From NCBI GenBank assembly GCA_964035545.1, contig OZ037771.1:6047190-6111189 (forward strand): a DNA stretch of 64,000 nt. Reading direction: 5' to 3'. The translations under genes and the position numbers were made by a program. Positions 24,131 to 64,000 of the stretch are shown piece by piece (the stretch's first letter is position 1; each line of letters starts with the position of its first letter). The notes under the pieces are model-generated. The model did not search any database. It was not told the DNA's origin and was given only the letters and a program-made list of their open reading frames with translations. This stretch comes from Bugula neritina. Lineage: Eukaryota > Animalia > Bryozoa.

Positions 24131-24894
24131 TGGCATGTAGTACCTGGACTCTGTCATAAAAGCTGCTTTTGTTAAACTTGTGTGTTTCATTCGCAAATGA
24201 TGACTGAAGAAAATATTAAATACTAAAATAGTTTCTCATTAGCACTCTGTAAATATTTTATCAAGTCTTTTGTTTATGTAGACACATACTAGTTCACTTA
24301 AAACTGACCATGTCGATTATTAGACCTCTCCTCCAGCCCACCCATATTGTCTCCTCTGACTACACTAACTCCTTGCATTATATATACTGGGCAGAACTTT
24401 CTGTGACAGCTGACAGTTGACCTTAGTATTCATTCAAAGTCACTCTTGACTATTTACTAATAAGATGTAAACTGTACTGTACGCTTTGTGTTTGGCTGTT
24501 ATTCACACGCTACAGTTCCTGCAACCTCTGGCTTGGAATATGTAAATGCTGACTTGTATTAACCAGTTTCACCAGGTGCACCGCTACTGTAGGACTCAAC
24601 ATTCTATGTTTTAATATAATAAAAAATACATGTGTGTGAATTCAAAATGTTATTTTGTGTCTGACAGTCATAATTAATCTAGAATGGCAGCAAATTTAAA
24701 GAGCAAGTAACTTCAAATGATATCTTTTTTCTTTTATAGCTGTAATAAAGTTGCTAAAATTAGCAAGTTGTTATGAAATGAATAGAAAATGTTTAATAAG
24801 TTTATTCACTTTAATACTTACTTTGTTTAACGGATTACAACTTTACAATATCCTAATATGATGTAGGTGAGCTATATGATGCTGTTGTAGGGCA

Positions 24895-38853
<13,959 letters not shown>

Positions 38854-39746
38854 ACATGTTTGTATTTTGACTCAATACTCAACAAAAGAGAGGATAACTC
38901 TGACAATCAAACTCGCGTTACTTTCAATTATAATTTCCTTGTTTACAGCGTTCTGTGATATAGAATTTCTTATTATTTTCTACAATACTTTTACATGGCT
39001 ACATGCAAACGGTTTGAACATAATATGCAAACAGCGTGTAACAGTACTGACCTTGTTTATTTCTACAATTACATGTACATTCTTGTCTCTTAGCTATTAT
39101 AGTACATATACCTGGTTGATTATGTTATGCTGTTTTATATAACATGTATTACTTTCAGTTGCTGCATGCAGAGCTCTCAGTATTATTAAGTTTTGTAAAT
39201 ATTTTTATTTTAAATTGATATTCATAATAGATTTTTAAAGTGAATGAAGTTAAAATTATGTACTCTACATATTTTTTCTATAATGTTATATAAAATATAG
39301 ACCATATAAAAATAAACTATATCTATGCAGCATGTTTGTAATATTGATTTTATGTAATGGTATTGTGACACTTCCATGATCTCTCTTAAATCAACTGGTG
39401 ATATGATTATTGGGTTTAACCAGGCTAATGATGCAGACTGAATGCAATTACTTGAAGGACTGGTGGTAATTAACCACATTACAGCTCACCCACTGGACTA
39501 GGACTTGAGCAGTAAGAGAGTCTGCATCAGAAATTAGACAAGATTAGCAGCTCACTAGACAACACTAACAACTTACATATATGCTTCTCATACAATAACT
39601 CAAGTTGGTTATTTTAATAATCAGCTATAACTATATATTAATTTTTAGGTTTTTTCTTTTGTAATAAAAACCTTTCACTTGTCAAGTCTAAGTGAGGCTG
39701 GGAAAAGATTGGGGTAATAATTAAAGTATCCTAGGTGCAATTTAAC

Positions 39747-50608
<10,862 letters not shown>

Positions 50609-50950
50609 ACGGTCTACTGACGCGTAGTACTAGAGAATGATGGAACTCCTCCACGAAAACTGACATGTTCAGACTTTCTTGAACACTGATTTGCTGATAA
50701 TAGTTGCAAAAGTGCTCTATGCTGAATGTAGATTTTAAGAATAAGCGAGTTAGTAGCTACTTAGTTTATAAATCTTTTAAATTTTTTGAAATCTGCATCC
50801 AATTCTAATAGATTCCAACTAAATAATACTATTAGTACTACAGCAAACCCAACCAGCTTCTTCTTCCTGTTGGTGTTTCTTGTAACTGTACAGTTCTGTT
50901 GTGGACGTTAAAAAAAGTAGTACACCAAAGATTTGAGACTTACATCCTAT

Positions 50951-51249
50951 CCCCTCAGACACACTTTACTGTAATGTTGACAGTAATGTAAAATGTCAGC
51001 CATTTTTAAACATGCCTGGGCTGACTGTCCGACGTTATGGTACATCGAGGATCAAACACTGCTTGATTCAAAAAATTACGCCGGGCTCCTATTGGGTAGG
51101 GAGACATTTGCATCAACCCATTGGATATAAATATCCAATGAGATATCATAGATCTTACCCAATAAACTTTGAGACCTTCAGCCCGAACTTTTTAAAATGG
51201 CTGATGTTTGATGTTACGGTCGATGTTACGGCAAAGTGTGTTTGAGGGG
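50951..51249. mobile_element. ~300-bp MITE with ~70-bp imperfect TIRs (family with 27638-27921)
   Basis: CCCCTCAGACACACTTT...AAAGTGTGTTTGAGGGG; the arms extend through GTCAGCCATTTT/AAAATGGCTGAT. Confidence 0.85.
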
Positions 51250-52425
51250 TAAGACTGTTATGATGCTTTAAGTAAACTACAATAGTCAGAAGAGAATGGC
51301 TCACATAATAGCTGCTATTTATAATATTTACTTTTCTCTCCAGCTTCAGAGTTTTAATTAAATGAGTAATAGATTATAAAAAACTCCACTGAGGTTTTGA
51401 TTCTTGTACACATAGTTCATCTAGTCTAGATAGGATGCTGCTTACCAGATACTCATGCTGCTAGTTGTAATGCAAGCTATGTATTATGCAGGTGCTTTCA
51501 TCATACATACTTCTACACATTTTACAGCTTTAATGGAGCATAATTTAGGGCAGCAGTCATAAAAACACTATAAGTAGTTTCCTTGTGATTTGTATATACA
51601 AAATATCGCCCATAGATAAAAATAAATCGTTCATTCAAACTGTCTGTATAGACTATAGAACTTTTCAAGTGACTGCTAAACCAATATGTAGTATGTGTGA
51701 CAAAGTGTCTTAATCACTACAAATATTGCAGTAGTTCTTTTAGAAAGTATTCATGTTAACTACATGGCACAAATTTAGCAGCAGAAACTTGCAACATATT
51801 TTTCCTTTGTTTAAAGTGTTTATAAAAGATTAATGTTTTGGCCCTTTCTTAGCAAATAAGGTCTGAAGCTGTGATAACACATAGTAAATTGAACGTTTTT
51901 AATTATGCCATATTTATGGTAAATTATTGTTAACTTTTAGCTTATATAACATTATATCAGCAATATGTTCAGATTTACATACTTTTTCATGTTTTAGTAC
52001 TTAAACATCATGAGCTGCAGTGTAGTGTATATAAAGATTGGTTGCATTACATAAACCTTGATTTTAACTATACATATCAACCACTGTTGCCCTGCTCCTT
52101 TGTCACCTGCAGCACGTGCTTATAAACTACAATAACTTAGTCCAAGTAGCGAACATATAATTACTGTTGGGTTATAATTATATTAAAGCAGGCAATTATC
52201 TTGTTACATGCCAGTAGTTGAAGCCTAAACATTGATGTAATTAAACCCAATGGGAGAGATGATGGGCTCCTTGATGTCACGACTCTTACTAATTGTTACA
52301 CCTTATTCAATTACTTCTGGCTACAGAAATATTCAATTTACATCATTGATGTGCAAGAAGCAGCTGGTGTTGGCATGTAGGCATAGCAGGGTTCAGACGG
52401 CATTGCTTGTGAATTACTCTTGAAC

Positions 52426-63364
<10,939 letters not shown>

Positions 63365-63692
63365 ACACAGCCATAAAAATGTAAAATGGGTTACTGCATT
63401 CGAAACAGCAGCCATTCCCAGCTGTTGAAGGGCATGTTTCAATTTGTCTGGTCATATTTGCTGTGTTAACATACATTTTAATCGAGACAATAAGTAGTTG
63501 GGCAAAAAATTGAAAATTATTTATTAATTTTGAAAATTTTTGAAATTGTGTAAGCTCTATAAAAACAATGTTTTAGTCATTTATATAAATGTATTATACT
63601 ACAAAAAAGGTTTGTGGGACATTCAATGAAGCATAATTTGATTATTATTTTTCCAAAACTTTTGAACTATTAAATTGATTGAAGTGATTTTA

Positions 63693-63981
63693 GGTAAAAA
63701 TGGCACAGGTAAAAATGGCACAGTAAAAATGGAACAAGTAATAGTGGCACAAATGGAAAAGTAGATAAAAATGGCACACTAGCTGATGTTAAATTTTCTC
63801 AAACCCCAACCTCTCAACCCCTAACCTTTAAACCCCAACCCCAAATGCAAACCCCCATCCCCAAACCTAAACCTCATTCCAAACCCCCAACCACCACCCA
63901 AACCCTAATATTGAAAATGTGCCATTTTTACCTACTTTGCCATTTGTGCCATTTTTACCTGTGCCAATTTTCCCGGACACC
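63693..63981. mobile_element. Foldback-like MITE with C-rich core
   Basis: GGTAAAAATGGCACA repeats ... TGTGCCATTTTTACC repeats, ending CCCGGACACC; core of AACCCC-like units. Confidence 0.8.
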
Positions 63982-64000
63982 TATTGAAGCACTGTATCCC

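Noticed and set aside
63790-63910. Telomeric repeat or chromosome end
   Set aside because: Irregular AACCCC-like units enclosed by MITE arms and shared with other copies.

Overview
AT-rich, intron-dense animal genomic DNA from an invertebrate, probably a lophotrochozoan (inference; not assignable from this window alone). Five spliced protein-coding genes were reconstructed by hand with consistent exon phases: UBL3 (+, 2671-7893), O-GlcNAc transferase OGT (-, 10036-19510), an ankyrin-less KIDINS220/NKPD1-type KAP P-loop NTPase (+, 24895-38853), and two tandem AMPA/kainate-type glutamate receptor subunits (+, 39747-50608 and 52426-63364 or beyond). The OGT locus is the most interesting part. 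(i) It has two paralogous 101-nt TPR exons that must be mutually exclusive, because including both or neither gives a premature stop. (ii) Its introns hold about six box H/ACA snoRNA candidates: three paralogous copies of one guide whose pocket matches 28S UCUACUA-U-C-UAGCGAA, plus three others with plausible 28S targets. (iii) The intron equivalent to the O-GlcNAc-regulated detained intron 4 of human OGT is the longest in the gene and contains a candidate poison/decoy exon starting with an in-frame TGA. The first glutamate receptor has Cys at the Q/R site and altered ligand-contact residues. Also present: several MITE families, a tRNA-derived SINE, a 3.1-kb TIR element and many minisatellites, several of which amplify real splice sites. 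rRNA sequences and site numbers are quoted from memory and need checking against this species' own rRNA.
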